Shown here piece by piece: positions 8,668 through 16,635 of a stretch of DNA of 64,000 nt; within the stretch, counting starts at the first letter, position 1, and every line of letters begins with the position of its first letter. The notes under the pieces are model-generated. The model was not told the origin of the DNA, did no database searches, and worked only from the letters and a program-made list of their open reading frames with translations. Made by a program: the position numbers and the translations under genes. Origin of the DNA: a virus; IMG/VR virus record IMGVR_UViG_3300035670_000083, positions 36,285 to 100,284 of that record, one strand, 5' to 3'.

Positions 8668-8789
8668 TAACGATACTCAGATATATTTAGGTTTTCTTTT
8701 TAATATATACTAAAAACAATTTATGAAAGATAATAAACACATAAAAAGTTTCAACGATCATCAAGAAAACTTGAATATATCTGATGTTA
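8668..8789. repeat. attC-like site G; loop contains late promoter and gene start
   Basis: TAACGATAC-TCAGATATATTTAGGTTTTC...GAAAACTTGAATATATCTGA-TGTTA; TAATATATA 8701-8709; ATG 8723. Confidence 0.9.
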
Positions 8790-9004
8790 GTGGTAGTGAA
8801 ATATTAAAATATCTTGATGATAAATATCATGTAAAAGATAATCTAATGATTGTTGGTAGATTTGATAAGAACAAAAAATATAATTATATTCAATTGTCTA
8901 ATGAAATATCAAAGGTATTTGGTTTGTCAACACAACAATCATTAGATTTAGTAGAAAAGTGGAAAGATATTAGATTTGAGAAAATTATGAAAAATAGATT
9001 TTAA
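8723..9004 (+). CDS. cassette gene starting inside site G
   Basis: MKDNKHIKSFNDHQENLNISDVS then unique C-terminus. Confidence 0.8.
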   Translation: MKDNKHIKSFNDHQENLNISDVSGSEILKYLDDKYHVKDNLMIVGRFDKNKKYNYIQLSNEISKVFGLSTQQSLDLVEKWKDIRFEKIMKNRF

Positions 9005-9018
9005 TATTTAATTATCAC

Positions 9019-9066
9019 TAACGTCCGATGATAAACAATCGTTTTAATGTTGTTTATCATTTGTTA
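9019..9066. repeat. attC-like site H (48 bp)
   Basis: differs from site C at one loop base. Confidence 0.9.
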
Positions 9067-9177
9067 TGTGTAGGTGTGGATTATTTACTACTAAACTTCA
9101 ATCGGAGAACTGAACAAAAATTTTAAAACAAAAAGAAGGGTGGGTTTTTTAATCTTACTATTTATATATAAAAGAAA

Positions 9178-9606
9178 ATGATGAAAGATTTGAGACAGTT
9201 TATTAAAACAACCATACGTGAGTTTTTGAATGAAGCATACATTGATGAGGATGGTAATTTAAAAGACTTTAATGATAAAATATTCTATGATTTTGATAAA
9301 ATTAAAAAGTTTGTAGATTGGTTTCAAAGTGAATATAGTGATTATACTCATAAACAGGGTTGGTCTATATTCGATTCTGATACAGAAGCACCTAATGAAA
9401 AATATCATAGTGAAAGAACTTTTAATGGTAAAAAATTGAATGGATATTATTGGCAAGTTCAAAGATTAGATTCACCAAGTGATGACGAAGCATTATTTGG
9501 GAAATTACCAAATGATTATAAGGCTGATGATTTAGCAAGAAAGTTAGGTTTAATGGTTGATGAATACGGTGTGGTTTATGGTTGGGATGGACAATCTTTT
9601 TTATAG
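9178..9606 (+). CDS. cassette gene, hypothetical with capsid-targeting-like N-terminus
   Basis: MKDLRQFIKTTIREFLNE; TTATATA upstream. Confidence 0.8.
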   Translation: MMKDLRQFIKTTIREFLNEAYIDEDGNLKDFNDKIFYDFDKIKKFVDWFQSEYSDYTHKQGWSIFDSDTEAPNEKYHSERTFNGKKLNGYYWQVQRLDSPSDDEALFGKLPNDYKADDLARKLGLMVDEYGVVYGWDGQSFL

Positions 9607-9676
9607 TGTGTGGGATTTTTCTTTTAAAATTTTCAACCGAAATATTGATTAGAACGATGAATGGAACACTTACACA

Positions 9677-9766
9677 TAACGGATGGGTGTATATGTAGGT
9701 TTTTTAACTTTAAAATTTAATATATACTTATGAACTGAATAAAAAACTTACATATACACCTTGTTA
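9677..9766. repeat. attC-like site I (90 bp); late promoter in loop
   Basis: TAACGGATG-GGTGTATATGTAGGTTTTTT...AAAAAACTTACATATACACC-TTGTTA; TAATATATA 9718-9726. Confidence 0.9.
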
Positions 9767-9797
9767 TGTGTTAGTAAAAAATAAAAGGAAAAAGAAT

Positions 9798-10103
9798 ATG
9801 AAAAGATTAAAATACATTAAAAGATTCAATGAATCAAATGAAATGGATATTGAAATTGAATTAATTGGTCCTGATATAGATGATATTTTAGATGCAATTA
9901 ACTTCATAAACAATAACTATGATGTGAGTGTAAATCCAACAGATTTTCAAGAAGGTTCTGATATGCCTTATGCTCATAAAAGAAATCAAAATTATTCAAT
10001 TTTTGTTAAGTTAAATCCTAGTGGTGATGAAAAAAGTCATATCAGATTTATTAATGATTTGTTGGATGAAAACGGATTCTCTTGTAGGTTGTATATGATT
10101 TAA
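9798..10103 (+). CDS. cassette gene, acidic hypothetical with capsid-targeting-like N-terminus
   Basis: MKRLKYIKRFNES; ATG 9798 preferred over 9768. Confidence 0.8.
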   Translation: MKRLKYIKRFNESNEMDIEIELIGPDIDDILDAINFINNNYDVSVNPTDFQEGSDMPYAHKRNQNYSIFVKLNPSGDEKSHIRFINDLLDENGFSCRLYMI

Positions 10104-10130
10104 TGATATTATTTATTTTCTTATTACACA

Positions 10131-10260
10131 TAACGATACTCAGATATATTTAGGTTTTCATTTTTAATATATAAACAAAAATAATTTAACAACATGAAAA
10201 GTTCAAATAATGTAAAAAGTTTCAAAGAGTTCAATGAAAACTTGAATATATCTGATGTTA
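10131..10260. repeat. attC-like site J; loop contains late promoter and gene start
   Basis: same arms as site G; TAATATATA 10165-10173; ATG 10194. Confidence 0.9.
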
Positions 10261-10424
10261 GTGATAGTTTTTTGTCACCCGAAGAATTTTTAATTGATTG
10301 GGAAGGTAAAGATGATTCAACACACCCCAATCAAGATATTAGAGACGAATGGACTAAAAGAATTAATCAATTAAAAATTTATTCAAAAATGGTTCTTGAT
10401 AACACTTTAAAAAATTATCACTAA
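10194..10424 (+). CDS. cassette gene starting inside site J
   Basis: MKSSNNVKSFKEFNENLNISDVS...; its stop codon is the TAA of the last TAAC. Confidence 0.8.
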   Translation: MKSSNNVKSFKEFNENLNISDVSDSFLSPEEFLIDWEGKDDSTHPNQDIRDEWTKRINQLKIYSKMVLDNTLKNYH

Positions 10425-10460
10425 CTATATTATATATGTAATGACCTATAAATAATTGAT
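10416..10460. other. candidate attI-like primary integration site
   Basis: final ATCACTAAC not followed by G or a hairpin, just 5' of the integrase. Confidence 0.55.
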
Positions 10461-10461
10461 T

Positions 10462-11265
10462 ATGAATGAAAAGGGTAAGTCAACTTTAAAGATTTGTGAA
10501 CAAAAACTTAATTATCTAAATTATTCTAAAAGAACGATTGATAATTATTTATCACATATTAATAGATTTTTAAAATCACAAAATAAATCATGTTTGCATT
10601 TATCATCTAATGATTTTCAGTCATATTTAGATAATTACAAATTTACTTCTATATCGCAACAAAACCAAGTTATTAATTCTATTCGATTTCTTTATAAAGA
10701 AGTTCTCGGTAAAAAGTATGATAAAGTCTCTTTCAAAAGACCTAAATCTGAAAAGAAACTTCCACAGGTTATAGATGGTGATTATATAAAATCACAATTA
10801 TCTAAAATTGATAATCTTAAACATAAGGCAATCCTCACACTAACATACTCGGTTGGATTAAGGGTTTCTGAAATAACCAATCTTAAAATTGAAGACATTG
10901 ATTCAAAAAGAATGATCATTCATATAAAAAATGCAAAAGGAAAGAAAGATAGGATTGTTCCACTTTCTGAAAATGTTTTAAATTTGCTTAGATATTATTG
11001 GAAACAATATAAACCAAAAGAATACCTTTTCAATGGATTATCCGGTAGATATTCAATTCAATCCTGTCAGAAAATATACAAAAAATATATTGATGAAAAA
11101 TCATCATTTCATACATTAAGACATTCTTCATTTACTAATTTACTTGAGTCAGGAACAGATTTGCGGATAATACAGAAAATAGCAGGTCATTCAAGCTCAA
11201 AAACAACCGAAATATATACTCACGTTTCAAATCAAATTTTAAGGAAAGTTAAATTACCCATCTAA
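10462..11265 (+). CDS. IntI-related tyrosine recombinase (N-terminal SAM-like domain plus catalytic domain)
   Basis: YSKRTIDNY, SQQNQVINSIRFLY, GLRVSE (R), KGKKDR (K), HTLRH, GHSSSKTTEIY. Confidence 0.92.
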   Translation: MNEKGKSTLKICEQKLNYLNYSKRTIDNYLSHINRFLKSQNKSCLHLSSNDFQSYLDNYKFTSISQQNQVINSIRFLYKEVLGKKYDKVSFKRPKSEKKLPQVIDGDYIKSQLSKIDNLKHKAILTLTYSVGLRVSEITNLKIEDIDSKRMIIHIKNAKGKKDRIVPLSENVLNLLRYYWKQYKPKEYLFNGLSGRYSIQSCQKIYKKYIDEKSSFHTLRHSSFTNLLESGTDLRIIQKIAGHSSSKTTEIYTHVSNQILRKVKLPI

Positions 11266-13464
11266 TCCCCAAGATTTTCTAGCTTCTACCATCCTTCTAT
11301 TATAAGAGATTTTATTTCTTCTTATATCCAGTAATTGTTTATAATCAACTCCTTCTTCATATGATATTTTATTTAAAATATCATCAACTTTATTTCTTAT
11401 CTGTATATCTTCTAAATTATCAAAATAATCATCTACCATCCCTCTGAAATCATTCTTACCAAAAATAGATGTTAGGTTAACCAAAGTCATAACCGTATCA
11501 TCATTTTTATTACCATCAGCTTTATAAGTAATATTTCCAGTTCTTGTTGTATGTTTTATAAATGTTGTCATTTCATCTATATTTTCGTTATTATAAATAA
11601 TAATTGATCTATCTTGCATTTTTTCTTGGTAATCTTTCACCATTAGGTTTTTATTCTCACCAACTTTTAATCCTATTTTTTCATCTAACGCATCTACTCT
11701 GTGTTTAAATCTAAAGAATATAGATGATCCATAGTTGTTATTTCCTTCAAATACATTCGGTAAGTGAGCAAGTAACTCATATCCGTATGTATTGACTTCT
11801 AATACAGCTTTTAAATTATCTGTATCAAAATGATCAAAAGCTAAAACATAAAGTAATTCTGATAATTCATTGACGGATATAAGATTGCTTCTATACATTC
11901 CTATTTGTTCAAGTTGAATAAAGTCAAGTATGTTTCTATAATTCTTATTTTGTCTTTCTATTAGATCTATCGGCTTTGATTTTAATTTGAAAATATTTAT
12001 CACCGTATAGTCCTGTCCTAATCCTTCAGATACATCTATACTTAATAGTATCCGATAATTTTTTCTTATTTGTGGATTATAAATTTCTTTATTCGGATGC
12101 CATTTTAGATCTTTGTAAGAGAATTTAAGTTTTTCTTCTATTTCAGGAATTTCCTGCCATTCAAATAATGTTTTTCTATCAGTTAATTCTTTTATTAATC
12201 CATCATCTAATAATGATCTAGATGAGTTAATAAACTTCAAGTCAAATTCTTGGTTAAAAGCTTCTTCACCACCAATATCTTTGATTGTTTGTTTTTTCCA
12301 AGTTGTTATTTCAGCAATTTCTGGTAATTTAATATCATTTATTGTTTCTTTAATGATATCTTCTTCCTGACAATCATCAGAATTAAAAACATGAACAACC
12401 CACTTATTTAACTCGTCATCAAATCTCAGCTCTGATTTATTTTTTGGAAAAGATTCTTTAATCCTACTTAAAACATCTTCTGGTTTGACATTGTAGTGAT
12501 CTAATTTCTTTTGATTCAATCTTATGTATGTCACGAATCTTTTCGGAACTTGCCACCAATAAACTCTTTTTGCCACATAAGATGATTTTTCGCCTTCAGG
12601 CTTTTCAGCTTCTATTAAAAGTTTGTGAAATAAATTAAATCCGTTTGGAGTAGAGGTTATTATAATTTTAGAATTATCGATGTTGGCAATAGTAGGAAAC
12701 ACCGATTTGTAGAATTTATCTGCAATATTATCTGGTAGATAAGCAAACTCATCTAAATATAAAAAGTCAGCAGATTGACCGATAGAAGCGGTTTTTGTTG
12801 TTGCAAATCCTTTTATACGACTTTTATTTTCAAATGACATGAATTTCTCATTCCACTTTTTAATACCTTGTTGTAAGAAAAATGGAAGTCTTTGGTATAT
12901 TTCTTTCATTTTATCAAGGATCTCAGTTGCTGTATCCAACTTATTTGCTGTTACAAGAACGTTTTTGTTATTATTAAAAAGAACAAAATGTAATATGGTT
13001 ATTGCTGATGTGATAGTATTATGTGATAAAATACCATTTGTATAATATCTATGATTTGGATGATCAATAGATAAATCAAACATAGATAGTTTATGATTTG
13101 TTTTTTCTATCATTTTAACTTTTGATATTCCTTGATCAGTTTGTATGTAATCGCCTATTTTTAAATCTTTTATGTATATTTGATTAAAGTCCACATCAAA
13201 TAAAATGTGATTATCAGCACCGTTAAGAAATAGTCCATTTTCTAGTTTTAAATTATATTCACTATAAGGTTGTGTTATATGTATTTGCGGAGCTATTTCA
13301 TAACCAGTGTCTGTTTTCACTGATAAGTTGCAACTTATTGTATTCAATATCTTTTTGGATATATCATGTTCATTCAAATCTAAATTTCTGTATTCGAAAA
13401 CTTCTATATACTCAATTAATTTTTTTATTAAATATATTATGATAAGAGTAAAAAATCTAAACAT
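11254..13464 (-). CDS. terminase large subunit C-terminal part preceded by split-intein IntC (149 aa)
   Basis: ...MFDLSIDHPNHRYYTNGILSHN|TITSA; Walker B LYLDEFA, ITSTPNG, nuclease DVSEGLGQD and DDTVM. Confidence 0.92.
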   Translation of the reverse strand: MFRFFTLIIIYLIKKLIEYIEVFEYRNLDLNEHDISKKILNTISCNLSVKTDTGYEIAPQIHITQPYSEYNLKLENGLFLNGADNHILFDVDFNQIYIKDLKIGDYIQTDQGISKVKMIEKTNHKLSMFDLSIDHPNHRYYTNGILSHNTITSAITILHFVLFNNNKNVLVTANKLDTATEILDKMKEIYQRLPFFLQQGIKKWNEKFMSFENKSRIKGFATTKTASIGQSADFLYLDEFAYLPDNIADKFYKSVFPTIANIDNSKIIITSTPNGFNLFHKLLIEAEKPEGEKSSYVAKRVYWWQVPKRFVTYIRLNQKKLDHYNVKPEDVLSRIKESFPKNKSELRFDDELNKWVVHVFNSDDCQEEDIIKETINDIKLPEIAEITTWKKQTIKDIGGEEAFNQEFDLKFINSSRSLLDDGLIKELTDRKTLFEWQEIPEIEEKLKFSYKDLKWHPNKEIYNPQIRKNYRILLSIDVSEGLGQDYTVINIFKLKSKPIDLIERQNKNYRNILDFIQLEQIGMYRSNLISVNELSELLYVLAFDHFDTDNLKAVLEVNTYGYELLAHLPNVFEGNNNYGSSIFFRFKHRVDALDEKIGLKVGENKNLMVKDYQEKMQDRSIIIYNNENIDEMTTFIKHTTRTGNITYKADGNKNDDTVMTLVNLTSIFGKNDFRGMVDDYFDNLEDIQIRNKVDDILNKISYEEGVDYKQLLDIRRNKISYNRRMVEARKSWGLDG

Positions 13465-14393
13465 TTTTGTATTGTTTCTTTTTTATTCTTACGATATTCA
13501 GAATCCCATATTACTAGAACTTCAAATCCGTGAGATTTTGCTACATCTAACTTTATTTTATCTTTTTCCCAAATTTCTTCCGATTTTCTTCCCTTTCTGA
13601 AAGGATGTGGATAATCATCACTTTTAAAAATATTTGGATTGGCATGATACTGATCACCATTATATTCAATTATCTTTTTATTTTTAAGATAAACAAAATC
13701 ATACATCCAGATACCACCACCATTCTTAGGTAGTCTAAATTCACCACCATTTGTAGCATATAGAGAATCTTTTTTGTTTATACTAATGGAATCAAATAGT
13801 TGCTGGCTACTTTTTGAGTATCCTTGTTTAAGATTTCCATTTTTAAGTAAAGAATTTTGCCATTTAATCTGCCTTTCTGTAAAAATTCTTTCACCATCCT
13901 CAGTTCCATATTTTTCTATACACTTATCTAAGTTAAATGTAGTTTGTCTTTCTCTTCTTTTTTCAATTGATTCATCTTCTGTAAATCCTTTATCTATCCA
14001 ATATTCTAATTTTGTAGGATTTGGTTTTTCTTCGTTAACTGATTTTATAAAATTTAATCTTTCTTCATCAGATTCATAATTTTTGAATTCTTTTGAAAAC
14101 GGACTTCTACTTTTTCTTTCTTCAGATGTAGTATTTGACTTGTGATTAGGATTTTTTTCACCAGAGAACATATCAGAGAACATCTTTTTATATTTTTCTT
14201 CTTTCATGTGTTTTCCGGAGTTTTTAGTAGTTTGTTTTAAATCTGATTTACACATTAATGGTGATCCCGGAAAAAGTTTTTTATATTCTTTTGATGACAT
14301 TCCATTGTGCTTATGTTTTAAGTGTTTACCATATATCCTTTTGCATTTTTCACCACAAATTCTACAAGTTATTAAGTTATCTATTTCTTCCAT
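13437..14393 (-). CDS. free-standing Vsr/DUF559-like homing endonuclease
   Basis: CRICG..HLKHKH zinc finger; IIEYNGDQYH...GFEVLVIWDSEY; lies between the two TerL fragments. Confidence 0.8.
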   Translation of the reverse strand: MEEIDNLITCRICGEKCKRIYGKHLKHKHNGMSSKEYKKLFPGSPLMCKSDLKQTTKNSGKHMKEEKYKKMFSDMFSGEKNPNHKSNTTSEERKSRSPFSKEFKNYESDEERLNFIKSVNEEKPNPTKLEYWIDKGFTEDESIEKRRERQTTFNLDKCIEKYGTEDGERIFTERQIKWQNSLLKNGNLKQGYSKSSQQLFDSISINKKDSLYATNGGEFRLPKNGGGIWMYDFVYLKNKKIIEYNGDQYHANPNIFKSDDYPHPFRKGRKSEEIWEKDKIKLDVAKSHGFEVLVIWDSEYRKNKKETIQKCLDFLLLS

Positions 14394-14407
14394 ATTTTAT
14401 ATATTAT

Positions 14408-14914
14408 TTATGGCTTCTCACCAATTAGGTAAAGTATATCATATAGTTTTATTTTTATTCTTTCTAATAAAGTTAGATCTCTTTCCAATGATGTTAGAAA
14501 ATAGTATAATCTACCAATACGAGTGTGTATTTCTATATCATTATCCTTCAGAATAATTTCCGTATTAAATGATATACATTTTCCGGTCTGACGGCTGGCC
14601 ATTAGTATATTGAATCTGTTGTTAAAAAAATTATCTAAAATTTCTTCTTGATAATCTCTTAATTTAATTTTTACTGGAGATCCTTTTTCTCCCTTTACCC
14701 AACAATAATTCTCAGCGAAATAATGAATATCCATTTTACATTTAATGTATTCATCGATTTCATGTGGAGTCATTTTAAATGAAAGTCCAGATTTTCTCAA
14801 TCCTATTACCTTTTCATGAAAGGGATTTTCGACATTTTTCAATATCTCACCCATGTTCAACATTTCTATCTTTTCATTTACTAATTTAGTTGTCCATATT
14901 ATTTGTTTCGACAT
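14408..14914 (-). CDS. terminase large subunit N-terminal part plus IntN (56 aa)
   Basis: DIHYFAENY, LRDYQ, Walker A SRQTGK followed by intein start CISFNT (Cys codon 14576-14578). Confidence 0.92.
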   Translation of the reverse strand: MSKQIIWTTKLVNEKIEMLNMGEILKNVENPFHEKVIGLRKSGLSFKMTPHEIDEYIKCKMDIHYFAENYCWVKGEKGSPVKIKLRDYQEEILDNFFNNRFNILMASRQTGKCISFNTEIILKDNDIEIHTRIGRLYYFLTSLERDLTLLERIKIKLYDILYLIGEKP

Positions 14915-15071
14915 AAACTTTGATTATTTTTCTTGATTCTTTCAAGTGTTTCTTTATTAACTTGTTGACCAAGTGAGATCTATTGATAGAATTTTCTTCA
15001 CAGAACTTTTTCAAATCATTTGAAACTTCTTTATCCAGCGAGAATCCTATATTTTCTTTGTTTAATCCCAT
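14886..15071 (-). CDS. ribbon-helix-helix (CopG-like) DNA-binding protein
   Basis: IGFSLDKEV..LKKFC...NRSHLVNKLI pattern. Confidence 0.65.
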   Translation of the reverse strand: MGLNKENIGFSLDKEVSNDLKKFCEENSINRSHLVNKLIKKHLKESRKIIKVYVETNNMDN

Positions 15072-15140
15072 AATGTATATATAATTAAGTAAAAATGGTA
15101 TTTTTCAGTTTAATATATATAAGTAAATAAATTTAATCTT

Positions 15141-15740
15141 ATGACTAAAAAAGAAAAAGAAATGAATAGATTGACAGATGAGTTTGATCTTATACAAGAA
15201 GACACCTCTGATTTTGATATAAGCCAGCACTTAGCAACAATGGATGATCTTCCCGACTTAGGACAGATAGAGTTATATGATTATGATGCGGATATTAAAA
15301 CAGCTTCTAAAAAAGGTAATGAGGTATTAGAATCATTAGTTGATCTTTACTTGGGAGAGTTTCCGGAGTTGAAAAATAATCAATATATTAGAAATAAGAT
15401 GAAGGAAGATGCTTTGGTTTATGCTGAAACACTTTTCTTACAGAAAATGACAAGAAAAAACTTTTTATCACAATTAAGACAAGTTGATAATGGTGATAAT
15501 TCAGCAAGAATGCACGAAGTTATAAATCAAACTATTAAGGAAGTAAGAGAAAACTCTAAATTTGCTTCAACAATGAGAAGTGATCTTGAGAAATTCTATA
15601 AAGAGTTGAGAACAGATATAACTGAAGGAATTGTTTCAAAAGGAGATAAAACAAAAGAAGATGATTTTGATGGTGAGATAGTAAATACTTCTCAATTGAA
15701 TGATCTTATTAATGAAGCAATAATGAAGAAAAGGGATTAA
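15141..15740 (+). CDS. probable terminase small subunit (T4 gp16-like)
   Basis: ARMHEVINQTIKE and C-terminal NTSQLNDLI resemble gp16 motifs; divergent from TerL. Confidence 0.55.
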   Translation: MTKKEKEMNRLTDEFDLIQEDTSDFDISQHLATMDDLPDLGQIELYDYDADIKTASKKGNEVLESLVDLYLGEFPELKNNQYIRNKMKEDALVYAETLFLQKMTRKNFLSQLRQVDNGDNSARMHEVINQTIKEVRENSKFASTMRSDLEKFYKELRTDITEGIVSKGDKTKEDDFDGEIVNTSQLNDLINEAIMKKRD

Positions 15741-16588
15741 TCTAAAAATTTGAAATTTTCAAAAGTTTTTATAACATTTGAAAACTCTAAAGGAATCAAA
15801 GTTTCTTCAAATTTATTTGACTTATTGTGTGTGTAAAATTTACATACAACTAAATTTTCTGCATTTCTTATTTTATCTTTAACGATCATTTTAACCTCTT
15901 TTTCACTTTTTAAAAGTAAGTTTTCCAATAATGTGTTTATGTTCTTAGTTAATTCTATTGATTTCTTATCATCGTCATAAAAATAAACCTTTTCATAATC
16001 AGTTATTTCCTCTGATGTTATTTTATCATTTTGGGTTTTAAGTCCTATTAGGTGTTGTAATAGTAATTTAACTTTCTTGTAAGCAATATCATCTTTATCC
16101 TTATTATAAAATGTTTCAGATAGAAAATAATAATCTTTAACTTTTAATCCTATTGATATAAGTTCCTCTTCAATTTTATCTAAGTGTTTTTGATAGTATT
16201 TCTTTTTATTCTTACCGCATATTATGTAAATATCATCATCGGTATTTATTATGTTATTAAACACTTCCATATCAATCTCAGAATCAATCTTTTCAATTAT
16301 TGATGGATTCAAATATTCTTGCATTGAAATAGCAAGATTTGATATGTCTTGTTTATATTTTTTTGATTTTATTTTTAGTTTATTCATAAAATCATTTGGT
16401 AGCCAAAAATTTTCACCATTAAATGATATTTTATTATTATGGCTTCTGAATATTCCTGACTTGAATGATTTAAATTGATATGGTTCAATTTTCATTATAG
16501 GAATGTTTGGATTATCTTTTGATACAATCCAAGGTTTAGTTTTCATATCCAATATTATATCTAAATCTATAAAATGTGCAGATCTCAT
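15737..16588 (-). CDS. HAD-like hypothetical protein
   Basis: FIDLD near N-terminus, FYDDD; ATG 16588 preferred. Confidence 0.55.
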   Translation of the reverse strand: MRSAHFIDLDIILDMKTKPWIVSKDNPNIPIMKIEPYQFKSFKSGIFRSHNNKISFNGENFWLPNDFMNKLKIKSKKYKQDISNLAISMQEYLNPSIIEKIDSEIDMEVFNNIINTDDDIYIICGKNKKKYYQKHLDKIEEELISIGLKVKDYYFLSETFYNKDKDDIAYKKVKLLLQHLIGLKTQNDKITSEEITDYEKVYFYDDDKKSIELTKNINTLLENLLLKSEKEVKMIVKDKIRNAENLVVCKFYTHNKSNKFEETLIPLEFSNVIKTFENFKFLD

Positions 16589-16600
16589 ACTACTATATAT

Positions 16601-16630
16601 AAAAAAACCCACTTAATTAAGTGGGTTTTT
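16601..16630. terminator. intrinsic terminator
   Basis: AAAACCCACTTAATTAAGTGGGTTTTT palindrome. Confidence 0.8.
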
Positions 16631-16635
16631 AGTTT

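Larger units (their letters stand above)
4670..10425. mobile_element. integron-like gene-cassette array
   Basis: 8 complete plus 3 partial TAACG...TGTTA palindromic sites separating short genes, adjacent to a tyrosine recombinase. Confidence 0.85.

Noticed and set aside
5734-10260. Repeats interpreted as a CRISPR array
   Set aside because: Units differ in sequence and length, spacing is hundreds of bp and contains whole genes, and no cas genes are visible.
5734-10260. Hairpins interpreted as ordinary intrinsic terminators or REP elements
   Set aside because: No U-tracts, AT-rich stems, invariant TAACG/TGTTA ends, some contain promoters and ORF starts, and they are confined to the recombinase-adjacent region.
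10462-11265. Prophage integrase indicating lysogeny
   Set aside because: No repressor, excisionase or host boundary seen; the adjacent site array explains it better, though lysogeny is not formally excluded.
13437-14408. Group I intron interrupting terL
   Set aside because: Almost no non-coding sequence for a ribozyme, and the intein C...HN/T motifs fully explain the split.
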